Shown piece after piece: positions 13,338 through 25,272 of a stretch of DNA of 64,000 bases; the stretch's first letter is position 1, and every line of letters begins with the position of its first letter. The DNA is from Antedon mediterranea. Lineage: Eukaryota; Animalia; Echinodermata. Location of the stretch: assembly GCF_964355755.1 (NCBI RefSeq), contig NC_092679.1, positions 6,726,201-6,790,200 of the forward strand, given 5' to 3'. The notes beneath the pieces were generated by a model, which searched no databases, was not told where the DNA came from, and saw nothing but the letters and a program-made list of their open reading frames with translations. Both the position numbers and the translations under genes were made by a program.

Positions 13338-13679
13338 TAAGGTTTTCAAACAGCTCTGCGCTTTCGCATTACATGTTTTTTATCTTTTACTTCCTAGCAA
13401 TCTGGAAATCAGGTGCAATATTTTTATAATAAAAGATAACAGCGGTAATTTTGCACTGATTCGGTAAGGACGTAGTATTTAAGACGTTATATTTCACGAC
13501 GTATTTGGTTGATTTTGTCTTCTTTGCATCCAAATAAGCCTTCGAGCAAAAACTGTGCCATACTTACCCAGTGGAACATACCGTTTCAGACGATGATTCG
13601 TAACGGAACATCCGCTTTAATAAGATCATTAATGCATTCCTGATCGGTATGCATTTTCTCGACATGTGACATTTTAGCT

Positions 13680-13756
13680 TTTAGTCGCGTGCAACGCGAT
13701 TCTACAGGTCACTATGTCGGTCGGTCGGTAAACACTAACTTGAGCATGACCTTGTT
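13680..13756 (-). mobile_element. HINE/DINE-1-like element copy
   Basis: Reverse-complement copy of the 976-1080 family. Confidence 0.55.
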
Positions 13757-14267
13757 AAAACACAACCAAACAGTGCCTTCTACATTGACATTATTCGATA
13801 GTATTTTTTTTAAATAATCCCGCTGTAGTATTTGATACCTGAAGATTGTAATCGAATTATAGAGGGCGATGTTTCAAATTCCAGCGTTATCATTTTTGAT
13901 AAATAGTAAACATTTTTTCTTAATGCTTTAAAAGAATGAAAACGAAAAAAAAAAAACATTTAAATAATTTTTTTATTTTGCAGAAAATTTAAAAAAAAAA
14001 CAAACAATTAACAGGATAGATTTGATGTGGGTCTCTGCATGCGGTTTTAATGATTTTGTTGTGGCCTTAAAGGCCAATACAAAGACGAGCGGTAACGGTG
14101 GTAAGCGGAAACCGTCCGTCTGCTCCACGTTGTGTGTAAATGGTCATAATGAATAATACTGTAATATAAATTATTTGCTAAATTTGTTTATTCTCTGTCT
14201 TCATAAAGAAGTGATGCATTATGATATCTGGAGTCTTACAAAGTCACAGTTATACGGCGCATTTCAT

Positions 14268-17200
14268 TTAATGAACTAATTCTGCTGTTTCACTGATTTT
14301 GTGTTCGTTTGTATCCATGGATGAATAGCCCGCATTATTGTAAGGTATTTGAGATAGTTCTTGTTGCTCGACTGACGTGGCTGCTAAATCATCATCTTCA
14401 TCGCTTCCATACAGTGTATTCAATTTGGAACGAACTTGAGGAATAGTGACGAAGAGTTCGACAATTAGAAGAACTACAGCTAGGCCTATTACAAGATACA
14501 CTGAAAATGAAAGACACGATGGTTAACATATTATAAAAACATTTTTAAGCAATCTTTTTTACAAATTGTCTTGGTTCTTGAAGCTCCGTCTACACTATCA
14601 AACTTTATGTGACAAAAATGTGCCCATATAATGGACACGATGACGTGACATCACTACGGTACCATATTTGGGCACATCATACTTTTTTTGTTAGGTTGAT
14701 AGTGTAGACCAAGCATTAGAACTAGCTTAGAATCCTCAGCTTTTGCTGGATAGACGATCCTTTCCACTTTCCACTTCTGTAGATCCCGTTCCATCAAGCT
14801 TTTTGGAAGAATCAAAAGTGCTTTGGTGAAAATGGTTCCTCTGCATGATATCTTTTTTTTTTTATTCTTAAGCTTGGTTCCCACGGGACGATTCAATTGC
14901 GGATGATCCATCGAGTCGTGATTGTAGTGCGCTTACATCCTTTTGTTGCCTGCTAGTGGGAATCAAGCTTTAGGATATTTTTTTGGTGAAGCGCTCAGAA
15001 ATATTTGCATATTATGCGCTATTTAGGACAACCATTAATATTATTATATTAACTGACGGTGTAAATATGTTAAAGTTTATAATTTTAATAGAATTTATAT
15101 GCTAAACAATAAATCATGCATAAGTAATGTGTCTGCTTTTATAAACACAATTGTATTTTATACAACATATGGACGGGATTTACACCACGTGTAATTAATA
15201 TTGTAATTTGATAGCTAGTTTGTGTATTAATTCGTTCGTGTGAACTAGAATGTGTCGCAAATTATTTTATTAATATGCTCGGAAACGAAAACGGATCGTA
15301 ACGTTAGTTAATAAAGTATGATTTCTGATTTTAAATTTGACTAAAAAACACATGAATTCTCAGGAGATACTGAAAAATGTGCTAATAAGTGCCGATTTTG
15401 ACGCGAAGCTTCATCGCCGAATGCATGTGTGAATTGCGCAGCGTTATAAGAGCGTATTAAATGAGATTTCTTACGGTATCAACATGGCATAATCACCTAA
15501 TAATCTTATGAAATAGTATATACAATACAGTAGGCCTATTTGCGCTTAAACATTTCCGTTTATCGAACACAATCATGCTATAATGCAAATGCGTTATCGG
15601 TAGTTTGCCCTCAATAAATGTTTGTATTCAAACTAATTAGTGGACAACAGACGATTGTTTTGTGTATGCATTGTTATTGGTAAATCGATTTTGTCTAAAG
15701 AAATGTGAGTTGTGGAGAGAAAAAATAACGTGAACAACGAAGAAAAAAAGTTGCTGGCAGGTTAATGAACTTTTCAGATTAAATGAAATAAATACACCCA
15801 ATTATTATACCGTATAGCCTACTAGGAGTTGGATAGCCGAGTGGTTAGGACACTTGACTGTCGTACAGATAGACCCGGGTTCAATGCCCGACAACTCCCA
15901 GTTCACTCAGCTGTAAAATGAGTACCTGGTTGAAAATACTAGGGAGAAAAAAGGCGGCGGGGAAAGGAACTGGCCACCCTACCACATAATGCCGAGGCTT
16001 AGTACAATGAGCTCCTAACAGCTCATTCCCCTACGTTCAGAGAACACGGGACTCCCCCCCCCCCCCCCCTATAGCCTACGTAGAGAAAAACATATCATGT
16101 ACTGTCTAAACCACAGCCATAATAATCGACACTCCTTTTCCATTAGTTCTGGTGGTATAAGATCTCGTAGCCTATACGTACTTAAAACTGAAGGCCTGGC
16201 GCGCGTGTGTGCACTTAAAACAACCTAGTCTAAATCCCGATGTAGGCCTACTGGTCAATGTGTTATAGTTTAGGCCTATCACAGTGACCTCTAAACAACC
16301 CTGTATTACAGTTGAATTACTGTGTTACAGAAACCACGATAGCATTATCTCCCAATATAGGACGAAAAGGACTAATAATAAAGGACTAATAATAAAGGAC
16401 TAATAATAAAGGACTAATAATAAAGGACTAATAATAAAAGACTATTATGAGGTAAGGAATATCCAAGTTAAGGACATCCTCTCTAACGCAAGTAACGCGG
16501 TATCATAATGCAACTTCAATATAAATAACCAAACACCAAAGATTAATCGATTCTACGTCTTTTAATGGAGGATGTTATTTTATTTAGGCTAATACAGGGT
16601 AAATGAAGGCCTAGTTATGATCAGAGTGGCTTTGAGTGTTACTGTTACTGTACACCAGGGTGGCTGTGAGTGTGTACTAGTACACCGGGATAACCCTTCC
16701 TGCTCGTCTCGAAAGATGTACTAGGTTCTTTAAAGTGCACATGAGCTAGATGTGTACACTGGACCTACGGTTTATAGTCCTTATTCGAGATGATACGTAT
16801 ATCAACTTAATATTACAGAACACAGAACGCCTCTAAAACGGTCTAATATACAAACATCAATCGAGTAAACAAAATGAATGTCGTACCTGATACTAGAGTT
16901 TGATATATCGCTCTATATGAAGGGTCCCAGTCTTCCGTCGAATAATCGTTCGCTGGTATAAAGTCTCCTAAACCAATTGTAGTTAATGATATAAATATGA
17001 AATAATAACAGTCCAAGTATGTCCAAGTTGGCTCCAGATATAAAAACACAGTGGCAGGTAAAATAACGAAGAAAATTGAAAACAGTGTGACGATGATACA
17101 AATGTGCAAACTTCGGACTGGTAGGTCTGTATCAGATCTTGCTGAACCTGTGAAATACAACATATAGGTAACGGCTAGCTTTTTAATTCATTTTAATGCT

Positions 17201-20200
17201 ATACGTCAATTAATTACCGGTAAGCCTAAATACGAAATGTTACTCGTATACGTCATATTGCCGGTATTGTATACTTAAATTTCGCCGGTATATACTCCAT
17301 ATTATATGGATATACCACGTAATTTTACAGGTATACGTCATTTACCGATTTACTATAAAAACACGTAATTTTACCGGTATACGTCATTTTACCGATATAC
17401 GTCATTTCATCGGTATACATAATTTTACCGCCGGGTATACCGGTACATGTAATTTTACCAGTATATTTTACCGGTTTATGTCATTTTATCGGTATATCGT
17501 TAGGTAATTTTATCGGTATATGTTATTATACCAGTATAATACATTATTTCTAAAAGTTATTATATTGTATTATAGAACTCACTTACCTATTGGCTTCTTA
17601 CCAATCCTTTCATCAAGGGCTTTGTATAATAGTTTAGATAGTCGGTGTAGAAGCGTCATAAACATGGTTAAAAAGAGCAGAGTAATAGGTACCCCGACTA
17701 ACGCATAAAAAAGACAGAATAGTTTGCTTGAGTAGCCAAGAGGGGTCACATGGCCATATCCTGAGGGGAACAAATACAAAATACTTTTAACATGATTTTC
17801 TGAATTCGATTTGATACTTGGAATGAAAAACATGCACTATTATTGCGCGAATAATTAATATTATCAACCTTAAATAAATGTAAATGTTTATTTGTAAGGC
17901 CTAATTGAGTGGTGCAGGGACTTGAGTACTACCCCTACGCTGCCCACACGAGGGTAAAAGGGCATGGGCTTATCGGCGCTTGTTAATGATGCTGTATGCC
18001 TAACGGATCTTTCAAAATGTTAACATAACTAAATAAATTATTTCATCCGAGAATAATCCCTGCCAATCAAGTGACTCAGCGCATATCGCCATATTATTAT
18101 ATAATGCGTATTTTCAAACAAATAAAACACAGTAATATCTATTTTTGTAGTCTGAACGAGGTACAAAAGGAAGCGCAATGGCCTCGGTGTAATATGTAAC
18201 ACGATTTGACGGTAGCATTTATTGGTAATCGATTCGAACCAACGAATTGACACCTGCGAGTCTTGTTGTTTATTCAAAGGGCCAGGCAGCGTTCATATTC
18301 TCTCATATATACAATTGAATAATACGTCTGAATTATCATCAAGAACAGATACCCGCTTTACTAGTGAGCTCAAACAGTGATAGTATTAAAGTTTAATTTA
18401 CTAGGACGCAAAGCAAGGAGGTAGGCGCAACGAAAGCAATTCGACCAATCACAAGCAATGGATTATCTAATCTATCGCTTGTCATTGATCAACTATACCT
18501 TGCGTCCTATGTGGAAACCAAGTTTAATGTAGGCCTATACGACTTTTGAACGCGCGCGTCGATTCTATGCATGTGACGTCAATCAGGATACCGTATTAAC
18601 TAAATTAAACCATAACACGATGTCTTATATCGGGTGTCACGAAACCTAAGACCACGAAAGCTAAGACCCCCTAAGACCTAAGATCACGAAAGCTAAGACC
18701 CAAGACCTAAGATTACAAATTCTAAGATATACTACAGCTTAAAAACAATACTTGTTTATCCATACATAATTTTAAACACAGTAGGTTTCATTTATTACCA
18801 TAAATATAATTTAATACCACCGCAAAACATAGATAAACTCACATTATTTTCGCCCGTTGAGTAAATGTATATTTTTCTTTACAACAAACAAACTTGACGG
18901 GGTGTTTGTTTGTATATATTTACTCCATTGTGTTGGTTCAGAGGATGTTTTTCTTACGCACCTGCCTTTCTTGTATTTTGACTCCAAATTTGTTGACTAA
19001 CTTTATCCTGAACACCACACTTTAAAATTAGGACTTATAAGTACTTTCAGAAGGAGAAACACATAATAACAAATAAATAAATCCTTTAAATTTATGATTT
19101 TACAGATGTGTTTCTTTGTATACTGTAATGTAACTCCTCGAGCTCCCCATGCTCAATGTTTTTGTTTCTATGGAGCGCCAAAAGAGCAACAATAATAGTA
19201 CAAGTATAAAAACAGAAAGAAAACGAAACAAAAAAACTTATCATGATTTTTTAATTAAAATTTATTTGCCAGTATTTATTTCCTCGTACTTGCATGATTA
19301 TACTATTATCATTACAATTTTAATTTTACATTGTTCCATCCACACTGTAGATGGACTCCACAGAGTTTTCAGCCCTCTATATAATTTTTGCTCTTTTGAC
19401 GTTCCATAGAAACAAAAACATTGAACATGGGGTAGGCCTACTGTACTGTAGGCTAGTCATTTTGTGTGCGAGAAAAACGTCTGTAAAATCATCAATTTAA
19501 AAATGTATTTGTTACTTTTTATGTGATTCTTTTCATGAAAGTGCCAATTCTAAGGTGTGGTATTCAGAATAAATGTTGGGAGTTAAAATACAAGGCAGGT
19601 GCGAAAGATAAATATTTGTAATCTTAGGTCTTGGGTCTTAGCTTTCGTGATCTTAGGTCTTAGGGGGTCTTAGCTTTCGTGGTCTTAGGTTTCGTGACAC
19701 CCGTCTTATATCATATTGCTTGGTATAGGTGCAAGACAATAGTTACATTTATGTATGTGTATTACACTTCCGAAATTGCTCAATTTTACTGCGAACCTAA
19801 CCCCTGGAAAACTCGTTCGTTTAGAGGTATAACGCCAAGCTCTAGTGCTCTGATTCGGTCGTGGGTTCGAGTTTAATCCGAGAATTGCTTGCAATTTAGT
19901 CCTATAATATAAAGTAAAAATTACGTCAGTTTAGGGCAGACATCTGACAAAATAGAAAATATGAGTTGAAAAACGTTTATACGTGGTAGAATGAGTATCT
20001 CTATCCATCCACCATGACATCAGTGAAATGATAGGCCTATATCATGTTGTTTATTTAGTGTTTTATGGAAGGTTGACACAGTGTTTGCGTTGGTGTATAA
20101 TAATATACAGTATGCTGTTGTTATAATCTCCTGTTGATATGCCATTGTGGGTAGACCTAAACTTGCCTAGGTTACAGCACATAAATACGATAACATACTG

Positions 20201-21329
20201 TAGCCTATAACTAAATTTAATTTATCTCAATTCATATTTCAATTTAGGCTTCATCGTCATTTTTTGGGCTATACTTAAAGTTATGTATCAGTCCATGTCA
20301 TAGCTGAAAACATTAATTTTCGTCATAAAATTCCGGAATGTTCTGTCTGCCAAAAATGATTTTGAACACACCTTACAATATCCGTTTAATTTTAAGGTAC
20401 GTCTTCGATGCAGGAAATAGACTCCTTATTTCGATTCTTCGGATATAGGTTGGGCATGAATTGAATTACAAATTTTAAAAATTACGGGATCGCACAAGTT
20501 TAATAATATATTTTTGAAAGCTTAATATGAAGAAATAGAAGCATTGAACTTGTAAATACGCGAGATTACTGATGATAGCAGCAATATATAATACAACTTA
20601 TATAATAATATAATAATAATAATATTGTGACATTTACGTAACGAAAGGCAACCCGTATTCTCAACGACATTATCTTTGAGAAAATAATACACACATAAAT
20701 CGCAAAACATTCAGTTTGTTATGCGTTTAAACTCTCCCCACCTCCATTCCCTTCAGTGCCAAAAGTCAATACAGTATACCGCGGCGTTCAAACGATTGAT
20801 ATTTTATACGTGCACGCGTGTATAAGCTTTGTGTGCGCAGACACTACCACCATTAAGCTCTGTCTATACACTATCAAATTAGTTTGACAAAAAAGTGGGA
20901 TGTGCCCAAATATGATGATATTTTTGTCACATAAAGTTTGATAGTGCTATATAGACTGAGCTTAACAGAATTAAACAAAAAATGAATGCAGTTATAGGCC
21001 TACCTACCTATAGTGGTTAACAGAGTGGTAGTGAAAAACAAGGAGGACCAAAAATCCCAGCTGCTTGGTGAGGTGACATTATGATAGCTCCAAGAAACTC
21101 CAAATTCATTAGCAGATATAATAACATCTACCAAACTTTCAAGATCCTCCAAATCTACGCATTTATTTGTTTCTAAAAAATAGTTTATTCGTCTATAAAG
21201 TTCTTGAGAAAATGCCTCTTCTTTTGGTCTTTCGAGTCGTGAGAATATTAGAGCACCGAGACAGAGATACGTTATAAATATCGCAAGTAGGACTAAACAG
21301 GGGGTAACAATCTGTCTCCTACTAGGCAT
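14268..21329 (-). CDS. KCNK1: Two-pore-domain K+ channel, TWIK subfamily (KCNK1/KCNK6/KCNK7-like), 329 aa, 4 coding exons
   Basis: Exons 21008-21329, 17587-17760, 16887-17147 and 14268-14500 have GT-AG boundaries and matching phases (990 nt in total). The protein has 4 TM segments, P1 TTIGYG (split across intron 1), P2 TTIGLGD (GLG in P2 is typical of TWIK), a cap Cys (FLETNKCV) and an NVTS sequon. The symbol is the closest family name; one-to-one orthology is not established. Confidence 0.9.
14582..14715. mobile_element. MITE family A (TIR AGCTCTGTCTACACTATCAAA)
   Basis: It has the family TIRs and the internal cccaaatatggtagtgat motif. About 13 copies occur in the window. Confidence 0.8.
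15823..16070 (+). mobile_element. tRNA-derived SINE (family 1)
   Basis: A-box TAGCCGAGTGG, B-box GGTTCAATGCC, then cactcagctgtaaaatgagtacc...ggaaaggaactggccaccct...gaggcttagtacaatgagctcct. A second copy is at 61250-61468. Confidence 0.8.
16366..16448 (+). repeat. 14-bp tandem repeat (aaaggactaataat) x5-6
   Basis: Directly visible. Confidence 0.9.
16600..16792 (-). mobile_element. SINE family 2 (Deu/Nin-domain-like) fragment
   Basis: The reverse complement reads aggactataaaccgtaggtccagtgtacacatctagctcatgtgcactttaaagaacctagtacatctttcgagacgag, homologous to 49375-49490. Confidence 0.65.
17195..17535. repeat. Degenerate ~19-bp minisatellite (ttttaccggtatacgtcat) filling K2P intron 2
   Basis: Repeated accggtatacgtcatttt variants. 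Confidence 0.75.
18632..19702. mobile_element. Mutator/Foldback-like non-autonomous DNA transposon (1071 bp)
   Basis: Perfect 89-bp TIRs (18632-18720 / 19614-19702) are built of ctaagacc subrepeats. The 10-bp TSD GTCTTATATC is at 18622-18631 and 19703-19712. Confidence 0.88.
20856..20962. mobile_element. MITE family A
   Basis: TIRs agctctgtctatacactatcaaa / tttgatagtg..tagactgagct, TWA-flanked. Confidence 0.8.
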
Positions 21330-22400
21330 CGTTTAAACGCTGTGTTTTGCAATGGTGCGTAAACGTAGGCCTACATGTTCCATAACACACTGACAGTTCC
21401 TTAACTGAGATTTTGCAGATCTAACCGACCTGCCCGTCACTTTATTTAATTGCCTTGCTTCAATACGTATATACGTTTTCTGAAAAGAGTAATTTATACC
21501 GTAAAAACCTACCACCTACCAGCAATTGTGTAATTGCTTGTAAATTATTGTTAATAATAATGTATTTTTTCTTCTATTAACATGTAGGCCTATTCTATAT
21601 GCAACAGAAAACCATAGGCCTACAATATAATAATCAACATTTTTAATTAGAGAGTCCATGGATAATTCATCAACATAACAAGTAGTTTCTATCATTCATT
21701 TTTTATCATCCGTTTACATATTCTACTTGTTCTTTATATGTATAATACATGTATTTTCACAATTGTGGATACTCTTCAAATCCCACAGTTAAATGAATAA
21801 AAACTACAGTCTGTATTTATCATCAGTATCTGTTTGCTATATACAAAGTAAACATGTATTCATTCTGATATCGCGATAATGTTGTGTCGAAGTCTACAGT
21901 TGTTAAAGCCTCAAGTAAGGGCTTCATGCATTGAAAACACAAAATAAGTTTACGGTATTCACTCTTGAAAACAAGACATTGATGATGAAAATTACAGCAA
22001 CTTCAGTAAGCAATTTGATCACAATTTTGTTAAATCAAAATTAAATGAGTGATTTTGTATAATCTACCAACACACTCAATGAGAACTGTCAACGACACGA
22101 AAATAATAACTTTATTTAGGCCTATACATCTAGTTCTAAATACAATTACAATAACTAGGCCTACTTGCTTAATACCTATTCCTCTTATTTAGAGCAATAG
22201 GCCTATCATATCATCATAAATCATGGTTGCAAATAGGTATAATGTGAACATGTATATATACCTTCAAACACTAACTAGAACATCATGAGGGAGTGTCAAA
22301 TATCATAAAACCACTTACCTGCTTCTAACCGGATCCTCGCTGCTGCCGACGACTGTGTTTACATGAATATTGTATTAATTTAATGCCGCTATTGTTATCG
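21330..22400 (-). other. Probable 5' UTR of the K2P gene, including an upstream non-coding exon
   Basis: On the minus strand there is a consensus donor AG|GTAAGT at ~22313-22320 and a pyrimidine-rich acceptor ctcttttcag| just before 21479. The transcription start is not identifiable. Confidence 0.4.
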
Positions 22401-23182
22401 GGCGTTTGATCATGATAAGGACCCAACCACTAAGGCGCTGTTTGGATAGCTATGACCACGCGAAACAATAAAACATTATCCGGTAGGGGAACTTCGTAGT
22501 TTAATGCAACGGTATCATTTAATGACTTCGACAATTATTGAAATACTAAATTACACAAAAACAATGGAATTACAATAAGTACAGAAATATAAGTTAGATA
22601 AAGTTTTACTTTATTAACCTACACGTAGGCCTACATATTTTTTTCATTTTTTTTTATTCATTTAACATTGTTGCTTCTTTGGATGTTAGTTTTTAGAATC
22701 CTCTATTAAATTGGATATACCTTTATTAACAAAGAGTACCACCCACATTATTATTACTGTATTATGGTAAAAGGGAAGATACCATTATATTATATACAGT
22801 ATCTTCTAATTACTGTGTGCAGCTAGCAGCAGAGTGAACTTAATTTGTGTTCACATATAGAGGGCGCACTTGTTATTAGCGCGAAAATTGCAAATTTGAG
22901 TTTTAGAAAACGCCACCACCACACACAACAGACAGCAATAATTATTCATAAAAAAGTGGCTTATTTTTTCCGATTAAAGTATATTTTGAGACAGTTGATG
23001 AACAGTTATTATAGGAAGTACGTACATTAACGTGAGTTTAAATTTACAACACCATAAATTACAACTTAATAATAGCTAAGCTAGGCCGAGAAGCAGTAGG
23101 CTATTTATAGGCTAGGGCCTAGCCTAGGCCTAGGCCTAGTATTATAAACCGGTTGTCGGCAGCTTTACCGTCATATAATTAT

Positions 23183-23908
23183 CGCCGTGGTTAGGATTCC
23201 GGCACCGGAACTCAACTGCCCAGCGTTAGGGATTCCGACACGCTATTGCGCATGCCCAGAGCGAGGTAATCGGCGACTCTCTATACTTTTTAACAGCGAT
23301 GGATTATTTCATAGCTGCGCCATGGGATCCACTAATCTAGGCTAGGTCTACCAGTTCGACTACGTGACCAGTGGGCCTATAGTATTTATTTTGTAATTAA
23401 AAAGTGGTTGCTTCATTCATATATAAAATTCATATCATTATGAATTATATAAATACATGACTAGTTTTATGATTTTTCATAAGGCATTATACTGTACATA
23501 TACAACATGCCATCAAGTTGATTTGTTGACGGCAGCCACCGCGTGGATGTGAAAAAACTGTTCGGGAAGTCAGGGTCGCAACGCTAAAAACAGCATTACG
23601 ATTCTTAGATAGATACTGATACTTATTAATAATATCATTATAATTATTTTAACGCGTGGCGTAGTCATATTTTAATTATTAATTCATGTATGGCATAGGC
23701 CAAGTTTCATCCATCGCTCTCTCGCTCGCGCAACGACTATCTAGGCTACAGTAAATCCCTATAACAAACACTCCGACTCTTCGTGGTGTGGCACTATTAT
23801 TAGTGCAAGCTATAATTCACTTCCCAGAGCTCTGGGCATGCGCAATAGCGTGTCGGATTCCCTAACGGTGGGCAGTTGAGTTCCGGTGCCGGAATCCTAA
23901 CCACGGCG
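23183..23908. mobile_element. Mutator-like non-autonomous element (726 bp)
   Basis: 80-bp TIRs start CGCCGTGG (2 mismatches). The perfect 9-bp TSD TATAATTAT is at 23174-23182 and 23909-23917. Confidence 0.9.
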
Positions 23909-24111
23909 TATAATTATTAAGGAACCATGGTCATTTCGGCCCAACTGGTTGATGCATTGATCTGTTTATTTGCATACTAGGCTTAAATATACTATAGAAT
24001 CTACTCCTATATAGGCCTAAATCTAACACTAGTTAATAGGTAGGCCTATCAAAAATGGCTTACAAAATCAAACCAAACAATCGTGTCGTCAATATATTTC
24101 TTAATAATAAT

Positions 24112-25175
24112 CGCCATGGCTAAAGATACGGTACCATATCCTAACTTCTGTTTGCATCGTACAAGGACTTAGGATTTTTTTTCATATCGCGAAAACAGTA
24201 ATCAACCAGCGGCAACATTTTCTTTATGCTTCATTTATCGCTAAATCGCCGTCGTGTGACAAAAACTAATTAAATGTAGCTTACGAGTGTTATTACTGAA
24301 AAGCCAAAACATGTTGATTTTAATTCTAGAATACAGAAATTTACTGTTTCAAAAGAGGCCTACTACGTACTATACTCCCTGCTATAACCTATAGCCTCGG
24401 TATATGAGTTTGTTTGCCAGGCTGGGGCCAGCTGCATGTGTGCGCTGATTTCTGTGACTGAGACCTGGGGGCTAGGCCTATTGTCCGCATTTTTGTTTAT
24501 GGTCACCATCTGTAACCAAAGTTTAATAAAAAAAAATATAGGCGTAAATAGGCCATTTGGAATAAAAATAAAACCCTCTGTCATATAGTAACTATGGACG
24601 AATGAACTAGACGCAACACAATTTCTAGACTTGCTCCAAGTCTGTATTTATTGTCTTTTTATGTCATTCCACACGTCGTCATTTTGATTTTTGTCTGAAA
24701 TCTCAAGTAATACACGTATGAATCACCATATGTGCAAAAATATTTATATTTTTACTAATATTAAGAAAAAACTCCGTCTGGAGCCCAGACTACACAATTT
24801 CCAACATTGAATTACAATTCCATTACTTCTAATTTGGCTATCAACATATTTCTACTGTTTTAAAAGCTTTATCCACCAACCACATGATCTTGCTCTATTA
24901 CTACAGCATCGACGTTGTCGGCCGTTATTAAACTTTTGGATTCAACATTGGTAGGTCTAGCCCCGAGGTCAAGTCACAGAATCATCAGCGCACACATCCA
25001 TGCAGCCTGGTGCCGCATTCTCCACAGACGCGATGTGAAAAAAAATCCCAAAGTCCTTATACGATGACGTCACACACGTAACAGCACCCCATTGGCTGAT
25101 TATGACGTGATGCAATTTTACCGTACCTTTAGTAAACGGAAGTTAGGATACGGTACCGTATCTTTAGCCACGGCG
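24112..25175. mobile_element. Mutator-like non-autonomous element (1064 bp), related to 23183-23908
   Basis: 42-bp TIRs start CGCC(A/G)TGG, with 3 mismatches, all at CpG. The TSD is imperfect (taataataat / taatataat). Confidence 0.82.
25065..25142 (+). promoter_or_regulatory. Candidate LRR1 promoter motifs (CRE, CCAAT, CRE-like, ETS)
   Basis: TGACGTCA 25065-25072, ATTGG 25091-25095, TGACGTGA 25103-25110 and CGGAAG 25137-25142 lie 130-210 bp before the ATG. Function is unproven. Confidence 0.35.
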
Positions 25176-25272
25176 TAATATAATAGGCCTAATATTAAAA
25201 AATTTCTGTTATTTATAGGCCTCCCACTACACTAGCAAGGCTTAATATTAGATAAAAAGACAGAGCTGCAAA

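Noticed and set aside
494-13467. Short ORFs in the first 14 kb
   Set aside because: They have no recognisable domains or splice-consistent chain, and many overlap MITEs or low-complexity DNA.
15823-15900. Functional tRNA gene (also 61250-61315 and ~62550-62615)
   Set aside because: A/B boxes are present, but there is no complete cloverleaf and the sequence continues into a SINE body.
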